A stretch of DNA of 64,000 bases from contig CM075988.1 of NCBI GenBank assembly GCA_038087875.1, positions 4,650,001-4,714,000 on the forward strand, given 5' to 3'. The translations under genes were made by a program, and so were the position numbers. The number at the start of each line of letters is the position of its first letter. Position 1 is the first letter of the stretch. Source of the stretch: Malacoraja senta. Taxonomy: Eukaryota. Under the pieces are notes generated by a model. The model was not told the DNA's origin. It searched no databases and was given only the letters and a program-made list of their open reading frames with translations. Shown here one piece after another: positions 1 through 12,300 of this stretch.

Positions 1-190
1 TGGATACTCCATCTCCGGAGAACATTGATAGGTGATGTTTTGGGTCGGGAGCCTTCTTCAGACATCAGAAAGGTCCCGACTCAAAACATTACCTGTCCAT
101 GTTCTACGGAGATGCTGCCGGACCCACTGAGTTACTCCAGCACTTTGTGTCTTTTCTTGGTAAATTAGCATCTGTAGTTCCTTGTGTGTT
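1..190. mobile_element. Penelope-derived short inverted (hairpin) repeat fragment
   Basis: Opposed copies of the unit found at the end of the Penelope element at 63340-63432 (GATGCTGCC..ACCC.CTGAGTTACTCCAGCA). Confidence 0.75.
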
Positions 191-619
191 CATGTTATTC
201 TGAACTTGTTGATGGGACCTGGCAATTGTCAACAGATCTGCAAATGAGTATTGGAATAAAGCAATACAATTATGTTTGACAATACAATGTGCAATATTAA
301 AGGTGCCCTGGGAGTAAAGGTAAAATATGAATTTATAACTCACAAGCACAAAAGCTAAAATATCCACTGAATTAATTTTTCTTTGAAGAAATAGTCCAGT
401 AGATAAATACAGCAATTACTCAAGGGAATCTTTAATGATGTCGTTGCCAACACACTTCTTTAATAAAACTTGTCTTCACTTTATTCTACAGGAGTAATAT
501 CTGATTATGTGACTTCCCTAATTCCCCTGATTATTTTCTGCTCATCTCTAACAATCAGTAGAAATTAGAAGCATATTAGTGTTTGTCCACAGGGAATGGG
601 ATGCTATCTAATGTCTCCA

Positions 620-1160
620 GTTCCAACACGTTCCATTGATAAGCCTTCACCATCCACTATTGACTTGGACAAACTATCATGCATTGTCTCCTTGTCTCCG
701 TCCTCTCTCTAACCATTCCTTTACGCCCCCTCCGCCCTGCTCCCTTCTCTTTAATTTAAGACTAACCTGTTTTCTAACCTTTGGATTATCGTTCATCAAT
801 CTGTCCCTTTGACCTTCTGTCCCATCTGCCTATCAAAACCATCCTCACCTGTATCCACCTCTGAAGAAGGGTCTCGACTCACCCATTCCTTCTCTCCAGA
901 GATGCTGCCTGTCCCGCTGAGTTACTCCAGCATTTTGTGTCTATGATCAATTCCATCTATCACTCACCAGGCTTAGTCCTGTCCTATCTTTCTCCCTTAC
1001 TCCCCCCCACCACCCGATAATCTTTCTAAAGAAGGACCCGACTCAAAACAACACCATTCCATATTCTTCAGAGATGCTGCCTGACCCGTTGAGTTGCTCC
1101 AGCACTTTTTTTCTGTTCACTTTGTTACTCTCTTCAAGAATGCTGCCTGACTTTCTGAGC
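620..1160 (+). mobile_element. Cluster of Penelope pseudo-LTR fragments
   Basis: CTGAAGAAGGGTCTCGAC at ~862 and repeated GATGCTGCCTG..GAGTT.CTCCAGCA units. Confidence 0.65.
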
Positions 1161-1200
1161 ATTGCTCATATTTTTCTTATTTGTTATCATTGTAATGAGT

Positions 1201-1620
1201 TACAGGTGCACCACCAATTTTCCATCAACTGGTGATTTGGTACCCCCAGATGAAATTACGAGAGTGCACTTGAAATCACCCCCCCCCCCCCCCCAAAACC
1301 CCCCAGAAGTCCCCCTGAAAATGTGGCATCTTGGTCGGATAAGGCGGCTGATGTCGGTCTCATCGGGACTTCCGCGCCCAATCAATGGGATGAATTTGCC
1401 CCCTGGTGCCGGAGCTCTGGAACCAGCAGATCTGATCCCAAAGCTGACTTCCACGGCCAAATTTGCGCGTCGGTGTCTCGGCCCCCGGGCGGCCTATGCG
1501 GACCATTCCGGTACCATTGGACTCCTCACGGAGGCCATGACTTCTGTTGGCCCAGCAAAACGGAAGATCCATAAAGGGTCTGGGACCAAGGGTGCTGGAA
1601 AAATCAGTGATTGACCTGTA
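1201..1620. mobile_element. Tc1/mariner-pogo-type MITE
   Basis: TA at both ends; imperfect ~28-bp TIRs (TACAGGTGCACCACCAATTTTCCA versus reverse complement of the right end TACAGGTCAATCACTGATTTTTCCA); no transposase. Confidence 0.65.
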
Positions 1621-1749
1621 TTGGGGCAGGATCACATTACCATTCAGGGCAACCTGAATGTTGTCTACTGTGGAAAAAATATTTATATAACCCCATTGGC
1701 CACACTTGAAATAAAATACATCTTGTTGAAAGCAAACTGTGGGAGAAAA

Positions 1750-1838
1750 ACAAACTTGCACCTTTAATGACCTCAGAAAGTGCCAAAGCACTTTATACCC
1801 AATGAAGTACTTCTTGAAATGTACTCACCATTGTAATT
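1750..1838 (-). mobile_element. Old Deu-domain SINE (SacSINE1/AmnSINE1-like) fragment
   Basis: CTTGCACCTTTAATGACCTCAG..CCAAAGCACTTTA..CCAATGAAGTACTT..GAAATGTA resembles the DeuSINE 3' region as recalled. Confidence 0.45.
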
Positions 1839-2173
1839 TATTTGAGTAAATTCCCATTCCAGTCAATGCTGTGATTTACATCCAGTGGATAATAGGCTGT
1901 CATTTCCTGCGCAGCCTTCACACATGGGAAGAGAGGCCAGGCTCATCATATTGGCGTGGAATCAATATGAAAATAATCCAACACTACGAGATGGGACGAG
2001 CCATCCATGCAATAATTTGACTTGTTATCCGAATCGCTGCCAAATCGTATTCAAAGCAGGAAGGAAAGGAGAGAACCTCCGGCAATCACTGTGTTTGTTG
2101 TACTGGTAGAGTGCGACAGGTTAATCCCAGCACAATCCATTGCCTATTGTGGTAATACCATCGCAGAGTTAGT

Positions 2174-3335
2174 GTGGCACAGTGGCACAACTGGTAGAGC
2201 TGCTCCCTCACTGCGCCAGAGACCCGGTTTGATCCTCGCGTTGTGTGTTGTCTATGTGGAGTTTGCACGTTCTCCCTGCGTCCGTGTGGGGGGGGGGGGG
2301 GGGTGGTTTCCTCCGGGTCTCGTTTAATTTAGCTTAGAGATACAACGTGGAAACAGGCCCTTAAGCTCACCGAGTCGGTGCCGACCAGCGATCACTCTAT
2401 ATATGTAGTTCTATCCTACATTCTAGGGACAATTTCCACAGGTTAATTAATGTGCAAACCTGCGCGTCTTTGGAATGTGGAAGGAAACCGTAGCACCCGG
2501 AGAAAACCCACGCAGTCACAGGATGGATGTACTAACTCTGTACAGACAGCACCCATGGTCAGGATTTGAACCCGGAACTCTGGAGCTGTGAGGCTGCAAC
2601 TCTACCGCTGCCTCATTATGCCGCCCTAGAGATATAGCATGGAAACAGGCCCATTGGCCCACCGAGTCTACGCTCACTATCGATCATCCGTTCACACTAG
2701 TTGTGAGTTAGTTGGAGCCCACAATACAGGAAATCAATAACCCCGCGCGTCTGTGGGAACTGAGAGGGAACCAGAGAAAATCCTTGTGCTCACAGGATTC
2801 TTTGGTTTCCTCCAACATCCCGAAGACGTGTGGAATTTTAGATTAATTAGCTTCTGTAAATTGCCCTTAGTGTGTAGGGAAGTGAATGAGGAAGCGGGAT
2901 AACAAGAGCAAGTGTGGGCGGGTGATCTATGGGGGTCAACATGGTCAGGTGGGCTGATGGGCTCGTTTCCATGCTGGACTGTAAATAAAGAGTCTCCTTA
3001 ATAAATCCTGCATCGATGTAGACACAAGCATGGCATGGTGGCGCAGTGGTAGAGTTCATGCCTTTACAGCGCCAGAAACCCGAGTTCGATCCTGACTACG
3101 GATGCTGCCTGTACGGAGTTGTACGTTCTCCCCGTGACCTGCGTGGGGTTTTCTCAGATGCTCTGCTTTCCTCCCACACTCCAAAGACGTACAGGTTTGT
3201 AAGGCCTCACTAAAATTGTAAATTGTCCCGAGTGTGTGTAGGATAGTGTTACTGCATTGGGATCGCTGGTCGGCACGGATTCAATGGGCAGAAGGGCCTA
3301 TTTCCACGCTGCATCTCTGACCTAGACTAAAAACA
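2174..3335. mobile_element. Cluster of HE1/V-SINE-type tRNA-derived SINEs in both orientations (~2174-2325 +, 2326-2626 -, 2627-2795 -, 2796-2985 +, 3032-3335 +)
   Basis: A box GGTGGCGCAGTGGTAGAG, B box GAGTTCGATCC, core GTACGGAGTT.GTACGTTCTCCCCGTGACC, CR1-like tail GAAGGGCCT..TTCC, CTAAA-type terminal repeats. Confidence 0.85.
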
Positions 3336-3339
3336 AAAC

Positions 3340-3795
3340 AGTTGCTAGTTTACTAAAAAAAAACACAGTGTCCAAAGAAGCATCTCGACACAAAACATCC
3401 CCTATCCACGTCCTCCAGAGATGCTGACTGACCCGTTGAGTTATTCTAACATTTTGTTAGTACGCCACACTGTCTATCACGATGAGTACACAAGCTGCAG
3501 TAAAATGACACAAAGTGCCAGTGCAACCCAGCAGGTCAGGCAGCATCCCTGGAGGGAGTAGAACTTCATCCAAGAAATAACACAAAGTGCTGCAGTAACT
3601 CAGTGCGTCAGGCAGCATCTATGGTGAACATAGGTAGGCAATGTTTCAGTTCGGGACTCTTCTTCAGTCTAAAGAATAGTGTTGACCCGAAACATTGCCT
3701 ATCTATGCTCTCTGGAGATGCTGCCTGACCTGCTGAGTTACTCCAGCACTTTGTGTCTTTTTCGGTAAACCAGTGCCTGCAGTTCAATGTGTCTC
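3340..3795. mobile_element. Penelope-derived hairpin units
   Basis: Inverted arms 3580-3668 and 3668-3790 around CTTCAG/TCTAAAGA. Confidence 0.7.
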
Positions 3796-4529
3796 CCCTT
3801 AAGGTGCATAATGCATTTGGATCTTAGTGGAAGCAAAGTTGGTTTGTTGGAGGGAATGCATGAGAAATAAACGTTGAGGACGATGAAATGAAAGTGAGTG
3901 GGAGGAAGCTCATATGGACTGGAAGCAACAGTGCAGTCTGATTGTACTGAATGACCTGTTTCGGTCCTGCAAATTCCATTAAACCTCAGTCACAGCAGAT
4001 CATCTGTCCTCCTGGGGAGATTATGCTGCAATATTTATTTTTTCCCTTTCTCGATTCACAGCACTCACCTCATTTACCTGTTACTTTATATATATATATA
4101 CATATATATATACATATTCCTGTAAATCATTCCTGTAAATACCAGGATCATTCCCCACTGTCCATTAGTGCTTCCATCATTAAGTGTAGGAGTGTGAATA
4201 CCTCTACTCACTATTTTTAACTCACACATTAACTGCAGTCTTCACCCATTAGAATCCCGCTGAACACATGTTAGTGCCACGTTACGCTTAATAGTTACAG
4301 TAAAAGCTTGACTAAAACACATCAGCATAAATCACAGAAAATGCTCGCAACCTATTCAAAAAGCATAACATTGTCACTGGCTTTGGATTGATGGTCAGAT
4401 GACACTATTTTCACCCAGCAAATTAAAGTTATCAGATAATGGGCCAACTGATACAGGAAGCTTATTATTAATTTCTCTCGTGACTTTTTCCCTCCATTCT
4501 TCTGCCAATTTTCTAGCCCTCTTCAGTGG

Positions 4530-5000
4530 GTCATGAGGTCGTAAGGAATAGGAGTAGAATTAGGCCATTCGGCCCATCAAGTCTATCCACCGTTCATTCA
4601 TGGCTGATCTATCTCTCCCTCCAAACTCCCATTCTCCTGCCTTCTCCCCATCATCTCTGACACCTGTACTAATCAAGAAATAATGGGTATTTACCATGGG
4701 TGTAGAGCAAATGCTAAGGGCAGTGTTTAAGGTTTTAGGATCATTCTGGGGCAGAGGTGCCAGATTTAAACTCTGTGTACATTTAAGTAATTGTAGGGGG
4801 GCTGAAGGGAAAATAGTTCTCAGTGATAGTGGTTGAGGCCTGGAACTCAGCGGTAGAGTTAAAAGCTGTCATCTCATTCCAAACACTTGAATATCTTCTT
4901 GAAAGACTAAAATCTACAGGACTAGAACATAGGGTTAGGATAAATACAATGGACTGAATGGCCTCCAGACATGTTATGAATATCCTGCAATTTTATGATT
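4530..5000. mobile_element. CR1/HER1 3' fragments (younger copy on minus 4530-4680, older copy on plus 4680-5000)
   Basis: GGCCATTCGGCCC..CATGGCTGATC..CCTGCCTTCTCCCCAT tail motif; degenerate TGGAACTC..GGACTGAATGGCCTCC. Confidence 0.6.
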
Positions 5001-5227
5001 GCACCCGAAATGGAGGGTGACTAATTTCCTGGGAGGGAGATGAGCTAGTACTACTCAGGTGGGTTTAGTGCAACTCAGATTGGTAGTGCAAGGTCCCAGA
5101 GTAAAAAGGAGACGGATGAGAAGTTGGGGGCAAATGTTCTAATCAAAGACTATAAGGTTAGCCGACAGGTCAGGCAATTGCACGGCAAAGGGAGAGGGAA
5201 CAGCGGTGGGTCAAACTATGCTCAGGT

Positions 5228-5828
5228 GGCACGGTGGGGCAGCGGTAGAGCTGCAGCCTTACAGCTCCAGAGACCCAGGTTCGATCCTCACTATGGGTGC
5301 TGTTTGTACAAAGTTTGTGCCTTCTCCCCATGACCACCTGGGTTTTCCCTGGGTGCTCTGGTGTCCTCCCACACTCCTACAACGTACAGGTTTGTAGGTT
5401 AATTGGCGTAGGTAAAAATTGTAAATTGCCACCAACGTGTAGAATAGTGCGAGTGTACGGGAGATCGCTGGTCGGCGCGGACTCAGTGGGCCGAAGGACC
5501 TGTTTCCGCGTATCTCTAAAGTAAAGTAAACTATATCTATTTACATGCTCAGCGATAGAGTTGCTGCCTTACAGCGCCAGAGACCTGGGTTCAATCCTGA
5601 CCAAGGGTGCTGTCTTTACGGAGTTTGTGTCCTGCGAGAGGTTTTCTCTGAGAACTTTAGTTTCCCCCCACATTCCAAGGACGTACAGGTTTGTAGGTTA
5701 ATTGGTTTGGTACAATGTAAAAATTGTCCCCAGTAAGTGTAGGATAGTGTTAATGTGCAGGGATTGCTGGTTGGTGTGGACTCGGTGGGCCGAAGGGCCT
5801 GTTTCCGCACTGTATCAGAACCTTAAAC
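5228..5828 (+). mobile_element. Two tandem HE1/V-SINE copies
   Basis: tRNA head, V-core and GGGCCGAAGG.CCTGTTTCC tail in each. Confidence 0.85.
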
Positions 5829-6095
5829 TGATGAATGGTTCACCCAAGGGCGAATGAAATTATTTTGGGGTGAATTAAACTAGAGGGGTGAATGAAGGAA
5901 AATAGTAAGATTAAACGAGAACTTATGAGGAGTTACGATGAGGGATTACGTGAAGATCCCGCCAGCCCGCATGCGCGTCAATCTTCAAAGCAGCGGTGTG
6001 GAATCACAGATAACAGTTGTTGAACTGAATATAGGAAGATACGAGAAACTAGAACTACCAGCTGACCTTCATGAGAGAAGGTTGGGAGCGGTGGG

Positions 6096-6208
6096 CACGT
6101 AATCCCTCATCGTAACTCCTCATAAAATAAAGATCAAACTTCAAACTGGTAAGTTCTCGTTCACTCATACTATTTTACTTCGGAGTCACGTGAGTGACTA
6201 TGTGAAGA
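6096..6208. other. Internal complementary region (ICR) of DIRS A
   Basis: Reverse complement of the left terminus joined through CTATTTTACTTC to the reverse complement of the right terminus. Confidence 0.88.
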
Positions 6209-6339
6209 TTTCAAAGCTCTGTGAATTCATGCCGTGGACACGAGTCCATGCATCACACACTGCATAAGTTGACCAAGGATGAGTGAAAATAATAATGCAT
6301 TCAGACATGATATAGATTTCAAACATGCTGATGCTTGTT

Positions 6340-7318
6340 CTTTTTTTGTTTTTTTTAATATTTTATTTATAAGAAGTAATGTACATTACAGTGATATAAG
6401 CCAAAAATAACATAATACATTTCCTGTACCACTTCTTGTTTTAAACTTTAAAAAGAAGAAAAATAGAGAGAGTTAGATAAGATAGTAAGTGCGTGAAAGA
6501 GTGATCAGGAGAAACCCGTAGTAAACCACGGGAAAGAGTTAAAAAGAAAACCAAAGAAAAAGAAAGAGAAAAATAGAGAACAGAAGATATAAGAAAGTAA
6601 ATTAAGATAAAAGGGATGTACCTACTTCGTATCTTTACACACCCCTCACCAGGTCCTGAAACCATTTATTTTCAAAGTTATGTTGCACCCTATACTTGTA
6701 ATAAGTCGATAAATGGAGACCAAATCCTTTGGAAATGGTCTGATTTGCCTGCTAGGAGGAATCTCATGTCTTCCAGGTGTAACATTTCGGACATATTTGA
6801 AATCCACATTTTTATTGTTGGTGTGGGAGCGTTTTTCCAGAATTTAAGTATGTTTTTTTGCCGTTATTAATCCGTAATTAAGGAAGCTCTTTTGGAACGA
6901 AGTCAGCTCAAAGCTGGCTTCCATTGTTCCAAAAATAATCAATTCTGCGTTCGGTTTCAGTTTTATTTTAAATAATTTTGTAAACATTTCAAAGATTTAA
7001 TTCCCAAATTTTTGGATTTTTATACAAAAAACAAAGGAATGTGCTATAGTTACTTCTTGGGATAGACGTTTATCACAGATGGGGGAGACATTTGGATAAA
7101 ATGTACTTATTTTAGTTTTTGAGTAATGTAGTCTATGTAAAGTTTTAAATTGGATTAGAGTATGTCTTACATTGATCGAGCATTTGTGCACATATAGCAA
7201 GTGTTTATCCCAACTCTCTTTCGAGATTTTTATAGCTAGTTCTTGTTCCCAATCTCTTCTAATTCTATCGGATGATGGTATTTCTATATTTAGGATGATA
7301 TTCCGCCTTTATATTCAT
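6340..7318 (-). mobile_element. 5'-truncated L1/Tx1-clade LINE inserted in DIRS A
   Basis: 14-bp TSD TGCTGATGCTTGTT (6326-6339 and 7319-7332); poly(T) and TTTATT on plus; ORF2 C-terminal peptide LIQFKTLHRLHYSK..YPNVSPICDK. Confidence 0.9.
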
Positions 7319-7384
7319 TGCTGATGCTTGTTAATGAGCAAATGAACTTAAATTGGAATTGGCAAATACCCCCGCCCGGTCTGG

Positions 7385-8280
7385 CAATGGGTTAGTTATA
7401 AAACGTTTTTAAAGTTCGTTCGTTTGACCATCCTGCAGTCGCTAGGATATGGTCGAGTGGAACCTCCATAACCCTTGCTGCTGAAGTTGTTGAAGTTAGT
7501 GAGATTTGAAAACATCAGTATCCACTCCTGCACAAGCCAGAACCCGTTTTAACCACCTGGAGATGGTCTGTACTATTACCTTCTTATGAAGTTTATTGTA
7601 ACTAACAAACCTTGCTAGTTCAGAGCCTCTAAGGCTCTTGGTGACCTTAACGTACTGTTGTAGATAAATGACCACACACAACCGAAGGTCCATGGGGTAT
7701 GCCATGGAAACTAGTCTGAGACCGAACGCCCCTAGTCTACTCTGCTTGACTAAGTCATAAACATAAAACGTTATAATATTTGCAGATGTAACCATCCTGT
7801 CCAGTCGCAGCTCATGCAACGACTGGACCCGTTGCGTTGAAACCTGCGCCATGAGCATAACCACTTGTAAGTGAGTTTGACCAAGGACACAGATGTACCT
7901 AGAGCCCACCGGCGAAGCAGCGTGAGCACCACGTTAACATCCCATATCACCGAGGGGAATATGAGTTGAAGATACCCTTCATAAACCTGGATATCAGAGG
8001 ATGACCCGACAGAGTGGTGTCTCGATCCCAGCAACAAGTATCACGACAAGGCACTTCTGGCACCATTCATGGCACTATAACTCAATCCGTCATCAAAATA
8101 TAGTTTTGAGAGGAATTCCAACCCATCTGTTATACATGCCGTCACATACGATATTTAGGACTGTAACAGACCACTTCCTATATCTTGATATAGGAGATGT
8201 ACTGTTTCTTGGTACTATCTCTCCAGGCCGCAGTGCTCATGTCCACCGTATGATCTGACAGTCCGAGCCCCAGAAAAGGT
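7385..8280 (-). pseudogene. Tyrosine recombinase of DIRS A (frameshifted)
   Basis: AQVSTQRVQSLHEL, TISRWLKRVLACAGVDTDVFKSH and a downstream GWS..F..FY motif. Confidence 0.85.
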
Positions 8281-8284
8281 CTTC

Positions 8285-9343
8285 TCAGAGTCTGCAAACC
8301 AACAAATTGATTTGATCATGCAGTGGATGGTCCTCCCCAGTCACGGGCTGAACAAACAGATTTCTGCGTTTGGGAATGGCCATACAAGGCTCTGATATTA
8401 TTCCTAGCATCAGTGGGAACCATGGCTGCATAGGCCAGTCAGGCATTACCAACATGCCTAACGCGGGGTCTTGCTGAATTTTTGCAAGTACCGACTGATG
8501 AGGCAAAATGGAGGGGAATGCCTAAAAGAAAATTCCTCCCCAGTGTAGCGAGAATGCATCCATCGCCACTGCCCCTGGGTCTGGCTCCCATGCTGTCCGG
8601 TGTTCCTTACCGAGCAACAATGTCGTTCACACGTTATGATCGAACATCCATTCTGTGTCGTCATTAAATTTCCGTGACCTGGTGTCCGCCACCATGTTAA
8701 ACCTACCTGGTAAGTAGGTAGCTGAAACCCAAATGTTTCTTGCAATGTACCAGTGCCAAATAAGGTTAGCCAGTTTATCCTAAGATACTGACTTGATCCC
8801 ACCCATGTGATTAATATATGCCACCGCTGTAGTGTGTCAATCTGTAGTTGAACATGCAGATGATGCATATTCCCACCATAAGCCTTCAACCCATAGAGTG
8901 CTCCCAGCACCTCTAAATAGTTGATACCATGTAATGGAAAGCTTGATGACTCATGCACATTCCATCTGCCACCCTATTTAAAGATGGTATTGGTAGCATC
9001 CCAACCTTGAGCACTAGCATCAGATTGTAATTTAATTGAAGATTTGCTGACCAAAATGTTACTGGAGCAATGCCGAATATTGGTCATCCAACACTGGAAC
9101 TCAGAAATGGCTTCATCTGTCAATTGCATAGGTCTGATTAAAGAAACCTGCATGGTATATTAGTGCTTGCTCCTTTGCTCATTCTGATAATGCAAAGGCC
9201 CAAACTGTGCAGCTGGAAAGCAGCCACTAATTTGCCAATTACACTGGCTAATTGTCGAATAAAAGGTTGCTCCATAACAACGAGATTGTTACAGGCTTCT
9301 ATTAATTCTAATCTCTTGCCCCAAGGCAGAGTCACAGACATGT
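8285..9343 (-). pseudogene. RT C-terminus, RNase H and Dam-like methyltransferase domain of DIRS A (disrupted)
   Basis: IRQLASVIGKLVAAF; SDAS..GW; INYLEVLGALYGLKAY; DAFSLHW..PPFCLI; MPDWPMQPWFPLM. Confidence 0.85.
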
Positions 9344-12300
9344 AAAATAGTAAGATTAAACGAGAACTTACCAGTTTGAAGTTTGATCTTTATTTTATGA
9401 TGAGTTACGATGAGCGATTGCGTGAAGAAGGCCGTCAGCACGCATGCACGTCAACTTTCAAAGCAGCGGTGTAAAATCACAGATAACAGTTGTTGAACTG
9501 AATATAGTAAGATTTGAGAGAACTAGAACTACCAAGTGATCTTTATGATACGAGGGTTGGAAGCGGAGGGCACGTAATCGCTCATCGTAACTCCTCAGAA
9601 AATAAAGATCAAACTTCAAACTGGTAAGCTCGTATAATCTTACTATTTTATTTCGGAGTCACGTGAGTGCTACGTGAAGATTTCAAAGCTCTGTGATTTC
9701 ATGCTGTGAAAACTAGTCCACACAAGCACAACTGCATCAGTTAACCACAGATAAGGGAAACATTCATAATGCATACAGACATGACATAGATTTGAAACAT
9801 GCTGATGCTTTTTAATGAACAAATAATAATAATAGTAATTCCTCTCATCCGGGAGGAAACTATAAAATAGAACCTAAAATAGAGTTGGCAAATACCCCCG
9901 GTCTGGCAATGGGTTATTATAAAATGTTTGGAAGCTCGTTCATTAGACCATCCTGCAGCCGCTAGGATGTGGTCCAGCGGAACGTACATAACCCTTGCTG
10001 CTGATGTTGTAGCAGCCCTGGTGAAGTGAGATTAGAAAATATTAGTATCTACTCCTGCATAAGCCAAAACCCCGTTTTAACCACCTGGAGATGGTCTGAA
10101 CTGATACCCTCTTATGAGGTTTGTTGTAACTAACAAAAATTGCTAGTATCAGAGCCTCTAACGCTCTAGGTGACCTTGACGTATTGTTGTAAATGTGTGA
10201 CCACCCATAACCGAAGGCCCATGGGGTATGCCATGAAACTAGTTTGAGACCTGATGCCACTGGGCTGCTCTGCTTAACTAAATCATAAACATAAAATATT
10301 ATAATATTTGCAGATGTAACCATCCTGTCCAGTCGCAATTTATGTAGTGACTGGACCCGTTGCGCTGATATCAGCGCCGTGAGGATAACTACCTTATGAG
10401 AGCCGGCCCAAAGATAAGGATGTAGCTGGAGCCCCCTGGTGAAGTAGTGTTAACACAATGTCAATATCCCATACTTCCATGTACTTGGGCCTCGGAGAAC
10501 TTGTGTTAAAGATATCCTTTATAAACTGGATATCAGAGGGTGAGACAAGACAGAGTGGATCCCGCTCGCTGCAGCAAATATGATGAGAAGGCACTTTTGG
10601 CACAGTTAATGGCACTATAACTTAATTAATTGTCAAAGACCCATTTAAAAATGAACGGCAAGACGTCAGTTGTCCGTGCCGAATTATATGCAACATTAGC
10701 ATTTAAACAAAATGCTTCCCATCTCCTGGAGAGGAAATGTACTGCTTTTTTGGTGCTATCCCTGCACTCTGCAGTGAGCACATACATGGATCGGTCTGAC
10801 AACCCAAGCCGCAGGAACAGTCGTCTCAGAGTCTGCAAGTCAATGAATTGATTTTACCATGCAGAGGCTGGTTTCCCGAGTCACAGGCTGAACCAGCAAA
10901 GTTTTATGTTTAGAATAACCATATAAGGTTCTATTATTATTCCCAGCATTAGCGGGAACAATGGCTGCATAGGCCAGTCAGACAATATGAAAACCCTGAA
11001 GCGGGATCTTGCTGAATTTATTGCAAGACCCGACTGATAGGCAAAATGGAGGAAAGACATAAAAGAACATTCCTCCCCCGTGTAGCGAGAATGTATCTCT
11101 CGCCACAGTTATGCCACATATTTTTGTAACCGGTGAATGAGCCTGGATGCAAACATATCGATATTCGGTGTTCCATCAAGCCATAATGTCATAAAATACT
11201 TTGTGATCCAACATCCATTCTGTGTTGTCATTAATTTTACGTGATGATACACCAGCGCCAAATGAGGTTAGGTAAATTATCACAGGATACTTTGTATTGA
11301 GTGCACCCATGTGACTAACATATGCCACCACCACAGTGTATCAACTTGGAATTGAGCATGCAGATTATGCATATTCGCACAATAACCCTTTAACCCATAG
11401 AATGTACCTTGAGTCTATAGGTAGTTGATACCAATAACTGAAGAACTGGCAACATGCAAATCCCATCCGCCTCCATGACTAGAGATGGCATTTGTAATTT
11501 TCCATCTTTGAGCACTCGCATCAGTTTGTAATATAACTGAACATTTACTGACCAAAACTACTGGAGCAATGCTGAATACTGTTCGTCCACCATTGTGACT
11601 TTGGTAGCTTCAGCTGGTAATAGCATAGGTCTGTTAACAATGACCTACATGGCACTTGAGAGGTTATTACTTTGGACGTTGTAAGTTCTGATAATGCAAA
11701 GGCCCAACTTGCACATTTGAAACACAGCTACTATATTGCCAATTACACTTGATGAATAGAAAACTGCTTCATAACAACAAGGTTGTTACAGGCTTCTATT
11801 AATTCCAATCTCTTGCCCCAGGGCGGAGACACAGACAAATTAATAGTTAAAGGTAAATCCCAATCATCAATAACTCTAGTTGATATCAACTTAAATTTAA
11901 CTGGATGGATGAGGAACCTCAATTTCTCAAATATAGTTTGCGGCTGAAACAGTTGATTTTTAGCAAAATACAGCATTTAGAATATCATCCAGTTAAGCCA
12001 TAACAAGTGTATTTGAGCTCTGAGCAGTCCAAGCAACGGTTTTAGTAATTTGGTAAATAACCTGGGAGCTGAAGTTAGCCCATTTTGCAACGCTTTAACT
12101 GTTATCATTCCCCCATCCAGATAAATTTCAAATGTCTCCAGTGATCCCTGTGAATGGGACCTGAATAGTATATATCTTTGAGATCAATGCATGCCATAAA
12201 ATCTTATGGAAATCAGTTGTTAGACAGTAACGAAGTTTCCTATTCTGAAAAGTCTATATTGCAGATGCGAGTTAAATCAAGGATGAACCGACATCCTCCA

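Noticed and set aside
1885..2109. 74-aa ORF with acceptor-like TTTCCTGCGCAG
   Set aside because: No convincing donor and no recognisable homology.
3032..3100. tRNA genes at SINE heads (this and other copies)
   Set aside because: A and B boxes run directly into the SINE core and tail; SINE-derived, not tRNA genes.
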